NCBI GenBank assembly: GCA_963724265.1
Contig: CAVRTU010000005.1
Location: 638,041 to 702,040 of the forward strand
Source of the DNA: an uncultured Gemmatimonadales bacterium
Lineage (GTDB): Bacteria; Gemmatimonadota; Gemmatimonadetes; Gemmatimonadales; GWC2-71-9
DNA length: 64,000 nt
Direction of reading: 5' to 3'
In this document: piece by piece, positions 48,666 to 60,555 of the stretch
How positions within the stretch are numbered: the stretch's first letter is position 1
Layout: every line of letters starts with the position of its first letter
Program-made: the position numbers and the translations under genes
Notes under the pieces: generated by a model
Database searches by the model: none
The model's input: the letters and a program-made list of their open reading frames with translations, nothing else
What the model was told of the DNA's origin: nothing

Positions 48666-50795
48666 TTATCTGTCAATAACTTCTGATGCCGCCTTGGAGA
48701 CGAGCGCTGAGGCGGTCTTGAGGCGAGCCACCAGATCGCTCACCTCCTGCCCGGCGGCGGTCGGTGACCGGTCCCGAATCGCCTCACTGATCCCGGGAAA
48801 GGGAACATCGGCATAGCCATCGTCCCGGTCGGAGGCAAAGATCAAGTTTCGTTGCCAGGGGCGCCCCGAGAGCCCCGAGGCGCGAGTCAGGGCCGGCTCC
48901 GCCTGGAGCAGCAGCCGGTTGGCCGCCGCATACCGCCGCCGGTGGAGCGGAGGCCGGCAGATCGTTGAGCCGTCGACCGAACGAATCGCCGGAGGCGGCC
49001 AGGCTGTCCGTCGCGGCCAGCAGCGGGATCGAGATCTACCGCCACATGCCGCCTGTCGGCCTCCGCGACGAGGGCACCGGTCAGGCGCCGGAGGTAGGAG
49101 GCCAGGGCGGTGTAGTCGTAGGGAATCAGGTCGGCGTTGCCCAGCCGCGCCATGACGAGCGCCGTGATCCGTCCGGCGGCCACGATGCTGAGGGCGCCCG
49201 GATCGCCGAAGCGGTCCTGGAATGCGTCGGTGTCGTAGGCGGAGTGATAGACTGCCGCCGGGCGCTCCGCCAAAGCCGAAGTCGATCGCAGGGATGCCGA
49301 GGTGGTTGTAGAAGCTGGCATAGTCGGAGCCGCCGCCGAGATCGCCCTGGGCCGGCTCCGCGGAATCGGGAACGGCCTGCGCCCGCCGCCAGGCGGTGTA
49401 CACCGACACGGTATCACCCGGCTGGCGCACCAGGCGAGTCACGTCCCGGATCACCCCCTGCAGAGTGGCGGTGCCCGACGCTCCGAAACGCCGGCCGTCG
49501 GCCGCGTCGTCGAGATTGACGTAGGCGACGACTCTCCCTGGAAGGGTGGTCTCGACCGATTCCACCCATTCCGCCGAGCCGAGCAATCCCCACTCCTCCG
49601 CGTCCCAGGTGGCGAAGACCAGCGTCCGCCGCGGGCGGGACCCCCCGGCCGCCGCTCGGCCCCAGGCCCGGGCCGCCTCGATGACTGCCGCCGTCCCTCC
49701 GACGTTGTCACGGGCCCCCGGGCCCCAGGCGTCGCGGTGCCCGCCGACGACCACCAGCTCGTCAGGCCAGGTGCTGCCGCGCAGGGTGGCGAAGGTATCG
49801 GTGATCCGCTTGTAGGCGGCTCTGCCATGCTCACGCCAGACCGCCACCCGGACCGGGGGGCCGTCTCCCCCGATGTGATAGCGGAACGGAAGGCCTCCCT
49901 GCCATCCCTGCGGGACCGACGGGCCGCGGAGCGGCTCCAGCAGCAGGGCGGCATTGCGATAGCCAAGGGGAACCACGGGAATCCGCGAGATATCCATGGA
50001 GTCCTCCGGCATGCGGCGGGCGCCGGCCACCGAGGGCCATAGCGGCGTGGAAGGATCGCCCTCGCCGTTGAAGACGCTGCCGCGTTGCACGCCGTCGGGA
50101 TTCCGGAACGGCCCCTCGGGGTACACGTCTCCCCGGACGTAGCCGTCGTCCTGTGGATCGGAGTACAGGAGTACCGCCACGGCCCCACGCGACTCGGCCT
50201 CGCGAACCTTGATGCCGCGGTAGCTCCGTCCATACCGGGCGATGACCACCCGGCCCCGGACGCTGCCCCCCAGCGAATCGAGCTGCGCGTAGTCAGCCGG
50301 CAGCCCGTAGTTGACGTAGACCAGCGGGGCGGTCACGTCTCCCGCGCCGCTGTAGGCGTTCATGGCCCGCCAGGGCGGGAGGGCGGTCATCGGATCGCCG
50401 GCAATCGGGGGTTCCTCGAGCGAGAGCCGGCGGACGACTGGCGCACGCAGCTCGACGAGGGTCGATTCCGGGCAGGGCATGAAGGCGTCGAAATCCACCC
50501 GGCTGGTGTCCAGCCCGAAGCCGGCCTGCAACCGCAGGACGTAGGCGGCGGTGGCCTGCTGGGCAGGCGTGCCCGCGACGTGGGCGCCGGCGCTGAGCTG
50601 GCGCCGGTTCTCGCGAGCGGCGAGACTGTCGCCGTAGGTGGCGAGGCGCGCTTCCAGGATCCGTTCCGGCCCGGTGGCGGCATCGGTATATCCGGGCAGG
50701 GCCTGGGCCGATAGGGAACCGGTGGCGGCGCAGAGTGGCAGCACACTCCCCGCGAGCAGCCGTGAAACGCGCACCAGGACTTTTCGTAGAGGCAT
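48666..50795 (-). CDS. Secreted M28-family metallopeptidase with PA and transferrin-receptor-like dimerisation domains (glutamate carboxypeptidase II-like); two frame breaks
   Basis: Signal peptide. PA region [48 protein letters not shown]. Catalytic [67 protein letters not shown]. Then YHSAYDT (48887..49417 frame) and C-terminal [30 protein letters not shown]. Confidence 0.8.
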   Translation of the reverse strand: MPLRKVLVRVSRLLAGSVLPLCAATGSLSAQALPGYTDAATGPERILEARLATYGDSLAARENRRQLSAGAHVAGTPAQQATAAYVLRLQAGFGLDTSRVDFDAFMPCPESTLVELRAPVVRRLSLEEPPIAGDPMTALPPWRAMNAYSGAGDVTAPLVYVNYGLPADYAQLDSLGGSVRGRVVIARYGRSYRGIKVREAESRGAVAVLLYSDPQDDGYVRGDVYPEGPFRNPDGVQRGSVFNGEGDPSTPLWPSVAGARRMPEDSMDISRIPVVPLGYRNAALLLEPLRGPSVPQGWQGGLPFRYHIGGDGPPVRVAVWREHGRAAYKRITDTFATLRGSTWPDELVVVGGHRDAWGPGARDNVGGTAAVIEAARAWGRAAAGGSRPRRTLVFATWDAEEWGLLGSAEWVESVETTLPGRVVAYVNLDDAADGRRFGASGTATLQGVIRDVTRLVRQPGDTVSVYTAWRRAQAVPDSAEPAQGDLGGGSDYASFYNHLGIPAIDFGFGGAPGGSLSLRLRHRRIPGPLRRSGRPQHRGRRTDHGARHGAAGQRRPDSLRLHRPGLLPPAPDRCPRRGGRQAACGGRSRSRCWPRRTAWPPPAIRSVDGSTICRPPLHRRRYAAANRLLLQAEPALTRASGLSGRPWQRNLIFASDRDDGYADVPFPGISEAIRDRSPTAAGQEVSDLVARLKTASALVSKAASEVIDR

Positions 50796-50830
50796 CCCAC
50801 AATCTCATCCTTCCCCTTCTTGAACGGAAG

Positions 50831-52815
50831 TTGCCCGTGCGAATCCTCGCAGCCCTGACGGTGCTGGTCGTCGTCACGACCGGCGCCGAGGCCCAGGAGC
50901 CGGTGGCGGCGCCCCGCGCCCCCGCCCTCCCCGCCGCCACCACCGATACCTCCCCGTTCCGCCGCCTCGACCTGCCGACCCCGACTGCCGTGCGCACCGG
51001 AAGCGGCGCGCCGGGCAAGGGGTACTGGCAGCAGCGGGCCGACTACGTCATCAAGGCCACCCTCGACACGGCAGCCAAGACCGTCACCGGCCAGGAGCGG
51101 ATCAGCTACAGCAACAACTCGCCGGACACGCTGCGCTACGTCTGGCTCCAGGTGGACCAGAATCTCTTCCGCGAGGGCAGCCGCGGCTCCCTGATCTACG
51201 ATCCGGGAGCCCGGTTCGGCACCGCGGGAGCCACCGGGGGCTACACGCTGACCCGCGTCGCCGAGGCCAGGCCTGCCACGGGATCGGCGGTCCCGGGCCG
51301 CGCGGCCTCAGTGGCCTGGTTCGTCAACGGCACCGTGATGCGCCTCGACCTGGTGCGGCCGCTCCCGCCGGGCGCCAGGACGGTCTTCGAGCTGGCCTGG
51401 TCGTTCCCCTTCGGACCCAACGCCAACCGGATGGGCCTCGAGCTGGTCTCCGGTGACTGGGTCTACGAGGTGGCGCAGTGGTACCCGCGCATGGCGGTGT
51501 ATGACGACGTCCGGGGCTGGAACAGCGAGCAGTACTACGGCCAGGGCGAGTTCTACCTCGAGTATGGCAGCTTCGACGTCAGCCTGACCGTTCCGGCCAG
51601 CATGCTCGTGGCGGCCACCGGGACGCTGCGGAACCCCGAGACGGTGCTGACCGCGGCCCAGCGTGCACGACTGGCCCGCGCCCGGACCAGCGACTCGACC
51701 GTCGATCATCCGCGGCCGGGACGAGATCGGGCAGGCCTCCTCGCGGCCAGTCGCGCCGGGCGGGAATGCTGACCTGGCGGTTCACCGCCGACAGCGTGCG
51801 CGACTTCGCCTGGGCTGCCGCCAGCCATTTCATCTGGGACGCCGCCCGGGTCAACGGCGGGCGCACGATGGTCATGAGCTTCTATCCGCCGGCGGGGGAC
51901 TCGCTCTGGAGGTTCGCGACCCAGTACGGCAAGACGGCCATCGAGAACTACTCGACCCAGTGGTTCACCTATCCCTACCCCTACGCCAGCAACGTGAACG
52001 GTATCGAAGGCGGTATGGAGTACCCCATGATCGTCTTCTGCGCCAACCGGCGGAGCGAGGAGGGGCTCTACGGGGTGACCGACCACGAATTCGGCCACAC
52101 CTGGTTCCCCATGGTCGTCGGCAGCAACGAACGGCTCTACCCGTGGATGGACGAGGGGTTCAACACCTTCATCAACTACTACAACTTCAGGAAGAAGTTC
52201 GGCCACGACCGGGGACGGGGTACCGCCGCCAGCTGGGTGGCGTTCCAGCAGACCGGGCGGGACCGGGAGCCGCCGATCCTGCCAGCCGACCGCACCAGCG
52301 CGCTGGGCCAGGTGGCGTACAACAAGCCGGCGGTGGGATTGGTGATGCTGCGCGACCGGATCACCAGCCCCCAGCGGTTCGATCCCGTTTTCCGCGAGTA
52401 CATCCGGCGCTGGGCCTTCAAGCACCCGACCCCGGCGGACTTCTTCCGGACAATGAACGACGGCCTGGGCGAGGATCTCGACTGGTTCTGGCGGTCGTGG
52501 TTCTATACCACCGGCAGCCTGGACCAGGCGGTGGACTCGGTGCGCGTGGTGACCGACTCGACCGGCGCCCGTTCCTCGCGGATCTACCTCGCGAACCTCG
52601 GTCCGCTGGTCATGCCGGTGGACCTGTCCCTGCTGTTCGACGACGGGACCCGGCGCACGCTCGATCTGCCGGTCGAGGTCTGGTTCTACGGCAACCGCTA
52701 CACCGCGGTGGTGCCCGGCCCCGCGGCAGTGACCAGCGTGGTCATCGATCCCGATACCGGCTTCGTCGACCTGGACCGCACCAACAACCAGTGGCCCAAG
52801 CCGGTAACGCAGTAG
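50831..52815 (+). CDS. Secreted M1-family zinc metallopeptidase (aminopeptidase N-like); two frame breaks
   Basis: Signal peptide RILAALTVLVVVTTGAEAQ. GYWQQRADYVIKATLD.. N-domain (50735 frame). Then VTDHEFGHTWFPMVVGSNERLYPWMDEGFNTF (HEXXH plus downstream E) in the 51766 frame. A short middle piece lies in the 51663 frame. Confidence 0.8.
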
Positions 52816-52832
52816 GCCCGACAGGGACAAAT

Positions 52833-52893
52833 CGCAGAGACGCAGAGGACGCAGAGGAATTCGAATCGCCTCGGCGGTCTCTGCGTCTCTGCG
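52833..52893. repeat. REP-like palindromic element built from CGCAGAG heptads; likely bidirectional terminator
   Basis: CGCAGAGACGCAGAG (52833-52847) pairs perfectly with CTCTGCGTCTCTGCG (52879-52893). The core is centred on GAATTCGAA. Lies between the convergent M1 peptidase and LVIVD genes and is followed by TTTCC. Confidence 0.65.
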
Positions 52894-52905
52894 TTTCCGT
52901 TGTGG

Positions 52906-54105
52906 TTACTGGGGAACCTTGAGCTGCCAGAGACCGCTGAGCATGTCGATGGCGTAGAGCGAGCCGTTGTAGAGGTGGACGCCCCACATGTAGGTGTTGC
53001 CGGTCCCGCCCGGCTGAATCCGGGCGATCTCCCGGCTCGAGAGGTCGCCACTCAGGGTCCCGGAGATGTCGAGGGCCACCACGCCACCGTTGTAGTAGGC
53101 GGCGTAGAGGATCTCCCGGGTCTCGTCCACCCAGAAATTGTGGGTCCCCGCTCCGGCCATGTGGTATGCGGCGACTTCGATGGGGGCGGCGAGGTTGGAG
53201 ACGTCCACCACGTGGATATCGCCCGACGAGGAGGACCCCACCGACCCCGGCCCTTCCTGCCCGATGAAGAGATAGCGCTTCGACCCGCCAGGAGCGTGGT
53301 ACCACCAGCCGTTGTGGACTTCACCGCCGGCCGTCACCGCCGTGCCGATGAGCCTGGGGGAGGCCGGCGACCCGCCCAGGGTGCCCCCGCCCACGTCGTA
53401 GATCAGCGCCCCGCTGTTCCACGCGAAGAGGAAGGCGATGCCGTCCCGGATGAATGTGTCGTGGAGGCCATAATTGGCAGCCACGGAGACGGTGGTGGTG
53501 AGCAGAATGGTGTCGGCGGCCAGCTGCGAGAGGTCGAACACCATCAGCGCCGGCGATGCCGGGTTCTTGGCCGCGAAGGCGTACAGCACGCCGCCCAGCG
53601 TGGCAAGCGAGGCGGTGTGCAGCCCCGTGTCCACCAGGTAGCGGGCCTTGAACACCGGGTGGGCGGCGTCCGCCAGGTCGTACACGTAGAGGCCGTCCTC
53701 GGTGTTTCCCTCGGCGCTGAAGACCAGCCACTTCCCGTCGGGGCTCACCTCGACGTCGCTGACCGTGGTGATGTTGGCAATGATCAGCGAGTCCACCAGG
53801 GTCGGCGCCCCGGTGCCCCCGAGCTGAAAGACGTTCAGCGCCGCGCGGCTGGCGACCCCGGAGGTCCGCTCGATCCAGTTCCAGGTGCCCGTGTAGGCAT
53901 AGCCTCCCTGCACCCAGAGATCCGAGGAATAGCGCGCCGGGACGTCGTTGCCGCCCGCGAGCACCGTGAAGGGCCGGGTCGGAGTTGGCGTCGGGGTCGT
54001 ATCCGTCGGACTCGACTTGCAGCCAGGCAGCGCGACCAGTGCCGCTGCTCCCAGAGCGCCCGCCAGCTGCATGACCACTGAACCTGCACGCATGCGGTAC
54101 CTCAT
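52906..54105 (-). CDS. LVIVD-repeat beta-propeller lipoprotein
   Basis: Intact 399-aa ORF. Lipobox LVALPG|C, Thr/Pro linker, repeated blades (VSDVEVSPDGKWLVFS, GDIHVVDVSNLAAP, GGVVALDISG). ATG overlaps the upstream stop (ATGA). Confidence 0.6.
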   Translation of the reverse strand: MRYRMRAGSVVMQLAGALGAAALVALPGCKSSPTDTTPTPTPTRPFTVLAGGNDVPARYSSDLWVQGGYAYTGTWNWIERTSGVASRAALNVFQLGGTGAPTLVDSLIIANITTVSDVEVSPDGKWLVFSAEGNTEDGLYVYDLADAAHPVFKARYLVDTGLHTASLATLGGVLYAFAAKNPASPALMVFDLSQLAADTILLTTTVSVAANYGLHDTFIRDGIAFLFAWNSGALIYDVGGGTLGGSPASPRLIGTAVTAGGEVHNGWWYHAPGGSKRYLFIGQEGPGSVGSSSSGDIHVVDVSNLAAPIEVAAYHMAGAGTHNFWVDETREILYAAYYNGGVVALDISGTLSGDLSSREIARIQPGGTGNTYMWGVHLYNGSLYAIDMLSGLWQLKVPQ

Positions 54106-55365
54106 TCCATGTGGTGGTGCACCATCGGTTCGGTCGGAGGCGGGTCGTCAAGCACGCCGTAGCGCCCCATCCGGTGCCCCGCCATGCGCCAGCCGAGCCG
54201 TACCGCGGCGGTCACGCTCCAGAACACCTGGCCGCCATAGAACACCTGCGGATCGAAGATTCCCCCGCCCACCGTCTCGACGAACGCATTGGACACCTCC
54301 AGCATCGGCTGGACAGAGAAGCCATCGGGCCGGCCGAATTCATAACCGTAGCCCAGGGTGTTGATCGACCAGCGCGTCGTGCCGACAATCGAGTTCTCGA
54401 AGATCGGGCGGGGTGCGTGAAACGGGTCGGAGGTGCGGGTCTCCTCCGGGCGGTCGGTGTTCTCGTACCGGTAGTAGGGACGATGCCCGCCCCGGCTCCA
54501 TGCACCCTCGAACAGAAAGCTGCGCCAGACAAACGTCCCCGAGGCCTCGTCATTCTCGGCCCACTCGCCGAACAGGTAGCCCTTGCCACCCCAGAGCGGG
54601 CCGGTCGGCCCGGCCCGACAGGCTCCATTTGGAATTCTCGAGGCCGGCCCCCGCCCGGTTCTCCGGGCTCTTGACCTCGGCGTGGGAACCCTGGAACTCG
54701 AGCCCCGCCATGGGCCGGACCGTCAGCCGGGCCGACCAGGAATCGCCGAAACGGTCCATGTTGGGCCACTGCGACGGGTATTCGGGCTCGTCGCCGTTGA
54801 ACAGCCCCGCCTCGAACGTCAGCACCCGCCAGCTCACCCCGCCGATCAGCACGGCCCGCTCCAGAATCTGACCCCAATGGTGGTTCACCGGAAAGATGAC
54901 GGTGGGCCGGTTCATCGGATCGTCGGAGCCGTAGGGGGCAAATCCCTTCCCTGCGCTCAGGCTGACGCGGAAGTCACTGCCCAGCGGCTGGTCACCGGTG
55001 AGCATCAACTCCATCACGTAGGTGTGCGGGTGGCGCCGGTCGTAGAATCCCTCGCCCCAGACGCCGATGCCCAGCTCGCCGGCCGGCATCGTCCACCCCT
55101 CGGCGTTGAAGGTGCCGAGCAACCGGAGCCGGTCGGTCAAGGCGCCGGCATGCACCATCAGCATTGCCTGGGTGACGCGGAACTCGTCGAGGCCGGACCC
55201 GCCCGGGACCGGGTCGACGGAGGTATACGATGGAATGGCCAGCGCGGAGAGATGGAGGTACGGGCTCGACTGTGCCAGGAGCCGCGCCGGGAAGATAGAG
55301 ATGTCGGAGAAGCCGGAAAGGGCGAGGAGTACCGCGATGAGGTACCGGCGGCCGGTTGACTTCAA
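54102..55365 (-). CDS. Secreted protein of unknown function, beta-rich (possible outer-membrane barrel); one frame break
   Basis: TTG start with GGAG RBS overlapping the sdhB stop (TTGA). Signal peptide [27 protein letters not shown]. His-rich motifs RRHPHTY and PVNHHWGQ, C-terminal HHHME. The frame changes once near 54590 (1264 nt = 3n+1). Confidence 0.5.
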
Positions 55366-56137
55366 ATCGCTCCTTCGCTGGCCGCTTCCTCGCGCCACGC
55401 CAGGCTGGCCCGGGCGTAGTCGCGATACATCCGCGAAATCCACTCGACGCTGATCTCCTTGGGGCAGGCCTCCTGGCACTCGCCGTGCCAGGTGCAGCCG
55501 CCGAATCCCTCGAGATCCATCCGGGTCACCATGGCGAGCGCCCGCCGCTGCCGCTCGGCCTGTCCCTGGGGCAGCATGCCGAGATGGCCGATCTTGGCCG
55601 ACGTGAAGAGCATCGCCGAGGCGTTGGGGCAGGCCGCGACGCAGGCGCCGCAGCCGATGCAGGCCGCGGCATCCATCGCCAGGTCGGCAGTCGGGCTTGG
55701 GCACCGGCAGGGCGTTGGCGTCCGGCGCGCTGCCGGTCGAGACGCTCACGTACCCGCCGGCCTGCGATGATCCGGTCGAAGGCGCTGCGATCCACCACCA
55801 GGTCGCGGAGCACCGGGAAGGCGCGGGCGCGCCACGGCTCGATGTAGATCTCGTCCCCGTCGCGGAAGCTCCGCATGTGCAGCTGGCAGGTGGCCGTGCC
55901 CTTCATCGGCCCGTGCGCCACCCCGTTGATCATCATGCCGCAGCTGCCGCAGATGCCCTCGCGGCAGTCGTGATCGAAGGCGATCGGCTCCTCGCCCTTC
56001 GCCGATCAGGCCCTCGTTGACCACGTCGAGCATCTCGAGGAACGACATGTCGGGACTGACGTCCCGCGCCTCGTAGCGCACCAGGCGGCCCGGCTCGGCG
56101 GCGCTCCGCTGGCGCCAGACGTGGAGGGTCAGGTTCA

Positions 56138-56138
<1 letters not shown>
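55362..56138 (-). CDS. sdhB: Succinate dehydrogenase/fumarate reductase iron-sulfur subunit; frameshifted
   Basis: [68 protein letters not shown] (across frames 55746..57671 and 55526..55936) and [39 protein letters not shown] (55362..55676). Confidence 0.9.
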
Positions 56139-58062
<1,924 letters not shown>

Positions 58063-58080
58063 GCTTCGGACTCCCGAATG

Positions 58081-58150
58081 GAAGGGAGCGGGGAGCGGGG
58101 AGCCGGGAGCAGTCCTGCGTCACCGCTCCCTGCTCCCTGCTCCCTGCTCA
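58081..58150. repeat. REP/MITE-like palindromic element built from GGGAGCN heptads (copy B), flanked by a 7-bp direct repeat
   Basis: (GGGAGCN)x4 at 58084-58112 faces (GCTCCCT)x3 at 58125-58149. CCGAATG occurs at 58074-58080 and again at 58151-57. Sits between sdhC and sdhA and contains the sdhC stop codon. Confidence 0.65.
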
Positions 58151-58813
58151 CCGAATGACTCCCAACGCGACTCCCACCGGCACCGCGGCGAAACCTACGG
58201 CGACCAGGACCGCGACCAGCCGCATGAGACGCTGGCGGCTCCGGTCATAGGAGGGGTGGCTCAAACCCAGCGACTGGAACATGGTCGAGCCGCCGTGATA
58301 GAGGTGGAGGCCCAGCGCCGATCATCGCGACCAGGTAGAAGCCGACGACGACCGGATGGCCCTGGAATCCGGTCACCACGTTGCCGGTAGGGGTCGCCTT
58401 CGAGGAAGGACCGGATGGACGCTGCCGATCGTGAAGTGCAGCAGGTGATAGACGATGAAGGCGAGGAGCAGCAGCCCGCCCCAGCGCAGGGTCGTCGAGG
58501 CAAGGGTGGAGACCTGGGCCTTCCGCCGCGCGTACTCCACCGGCCGCGCGGCCCGGTCGAGCAGCGTCAGCTGGACCGCCGCCACGACGTGGAGCACCAG
58601 CGGAGCCGAGCAGGACGCCCCGGGCGATCCAGAGGACCTCGCCCGTCGAATGGAGGAACGCCGAGTAGGCGTTGATCTTCTGCGGGCCCTCGAAACTCAG
58701 CAGGTTCGCCGCGACGTGGGTCAGCAGGAAGCCGATCATGATGAGCGCCGGTGACGGCCCATGATGACCTTCTTCCCGACGGTGGAGCGATAGAGCGCGA
58801 CCAGGGTTCGCAT
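58148..58813 (-). CDS. sdhC: Succinate dehydrogenase cytochrome b558 subunit (Bacillus-type); frameshifted
   Basis: MRTLVALYRSTVGKKVIM (reconstructed start 58813), MIGFLLTHVAANLLSFEGPQKINAYSAFLHSTGEVLWIARGVLLGS, MLHVVAAVQLTLLDRAARPVEYARRK..LRWGGLLLLAFIVYHLLHFTIG and GNVVTGFQGHPVVVGFYLVAMI in three frames. Confidence 0.8.
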
Positions 58814-58818
58814 CCCGC

Positions 58819-59752
<934 letters not shown>

Positions 59753-59770
59753 TCAGGAAGGAGGAAACGG

Positions 59771-59799
59771 AAGATACTGCCGCTAAAGGGGCCGGGCAA
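59771..59799 (-). promoter_or_regulatory. Candidate promoter of the mdh-sdhCAB operon
   Basis: Minus strand TTGCCC - 17 nt - TATCTT, about 25 nt upstream of the mdh ATG. Weak match. Confidence 0.25.
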
Positions 59800-59835
59800 A
59801 CCAGCGCGGGCAATAATGAAGAGCGCCGCGCGCGC

Positions 59836-60402
59836 TCAGCCGCGCCCGCCCGCGGGTTTGCTCCTGGGACGGCGGCCGCCACGACGGCCGCGACCCCGAC
59901 CGGGCTTCTTCGCGCCCTCCGGGACGTCGAAGGCGGGCGCCTCCCCAGGAGCCTGCCCGAGCCGGCGCAGGCCCTCGTAGAGCACCACGCTCACCGCGTT
60001 CGCCAGGTTCATGCTCCGCACGTCGCCCGACATCGGGATCCTGAAGCAGTACTCCGGGTGCTTCTCGAGGATCCGGGCCGGCATCCCGTCGGTCTCGTTG
60101 CCGAAGATGAGCACGCTGTTGGGCTTGAACGGCGCCTCCGCGAGGTCGCGCTCCGCGTTGGCCGAGAAGTAGAGGCAGCGGTCGCGCGCGATGGCGTCGC
60201 GGAAGCCGAACCAGTCGGGGTGCACCCAGAGATCGAGCTGATCCCAGTAGTCGAGGCCCGCCCGCTTCAGGTGCCGGTCATCGAGATCGAAGCCCAGCGG
60301 GCCGATCAGGTGCAGCGGCACATCCGCCCCGACGCAGAGCCGGGCGATGTTGCCCGTGTTGGGCGGAATCTGGGGCTGGATCAGGGCGATGTGGAGAGAC
60401 AT
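59836..60402 (-). CDS. trmL: tRNA (cytidine/uridine-34 2'-O)-methyltransferase TrmL (SpoU family) with Arg/Gly-rich C-terminal tail
   Basis: Intact from ATG 60402: MSLHIALIQPQIPPNTGNIARLCVGADVPLHLIGPLGFDLDDRHLKRAGLDYW..LIFGNETDGMP..IPMSGDVRSMNLANAVSVVLYE. The tail is KKPGRGRGRRGGRRPRSKPAGGRG. Confidence 0.85.
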   Translation of the reverse strand: MSLHIALIQPQIPPNTGNIARLCVGADVPLHLIGPLGFDLDDRHLKRAGLDYWDQLDLWVHPDWFGFRDAIARDRCLYFSANAERDLAEAPFKPNSVLIFGNETDGMPARILEKHPEYCFRIPMSGDVRSMNLANAVSVVLYEGLRRLGQAPGEAPAFDVPEGAKKPGRGRGRRGGRRPRSKPAGGRG

Positions 60403-60541
60403 GGCGGGCAGGGGGGCAGAGGGGCAGGGGGGCGGTGAGAATGCTGCGTATTGTAGCGCGTCTCGTGGAGCCGGCCAAGTCAACTTGGCGAGACGGAGCC
60501 GGTATATCCACGTTCAAGCCGCCCCCCTGCCCCCCTGCCCC
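60403..60541. repeat. Long-range inverted repeat of GGGGCAG heptads enclosing an 83-nt structured core
   Basis: GGGGCAGAGGGGCAGGGGGGCGG (ends 60435) faces CCGCCCCCCTGCCCCCCTGCCCC (60519-60541). The core holds nested hairpins CGTCTCG..CGAGACG and CCAAGT-CA-ACTTGG, plus a direct repeat GGAGCCGG. Confidence 0.6.
60450..60478 (-). promoter_or_regulatory. Candidate sigma-70-type promoter of trmL
   Basis: Minus strand TTGGCC - 17 nt - TACAAT, inside the loop of the 60403-60541 inverted repeat. Confidence 0.35.
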
Positions 60542-60555
60542 ACCGCGCAGCAGCG

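Noticed and set aside
59759-59767. Strong Shine-Dalgarno-like GGAAGGAGG on the plus strand
   Set aside because: No start codon or credible ORF follows it on the plus strand. It is the complement of the pyrimidine-rich mdh leader, which itself lacks a purine-rich SD.
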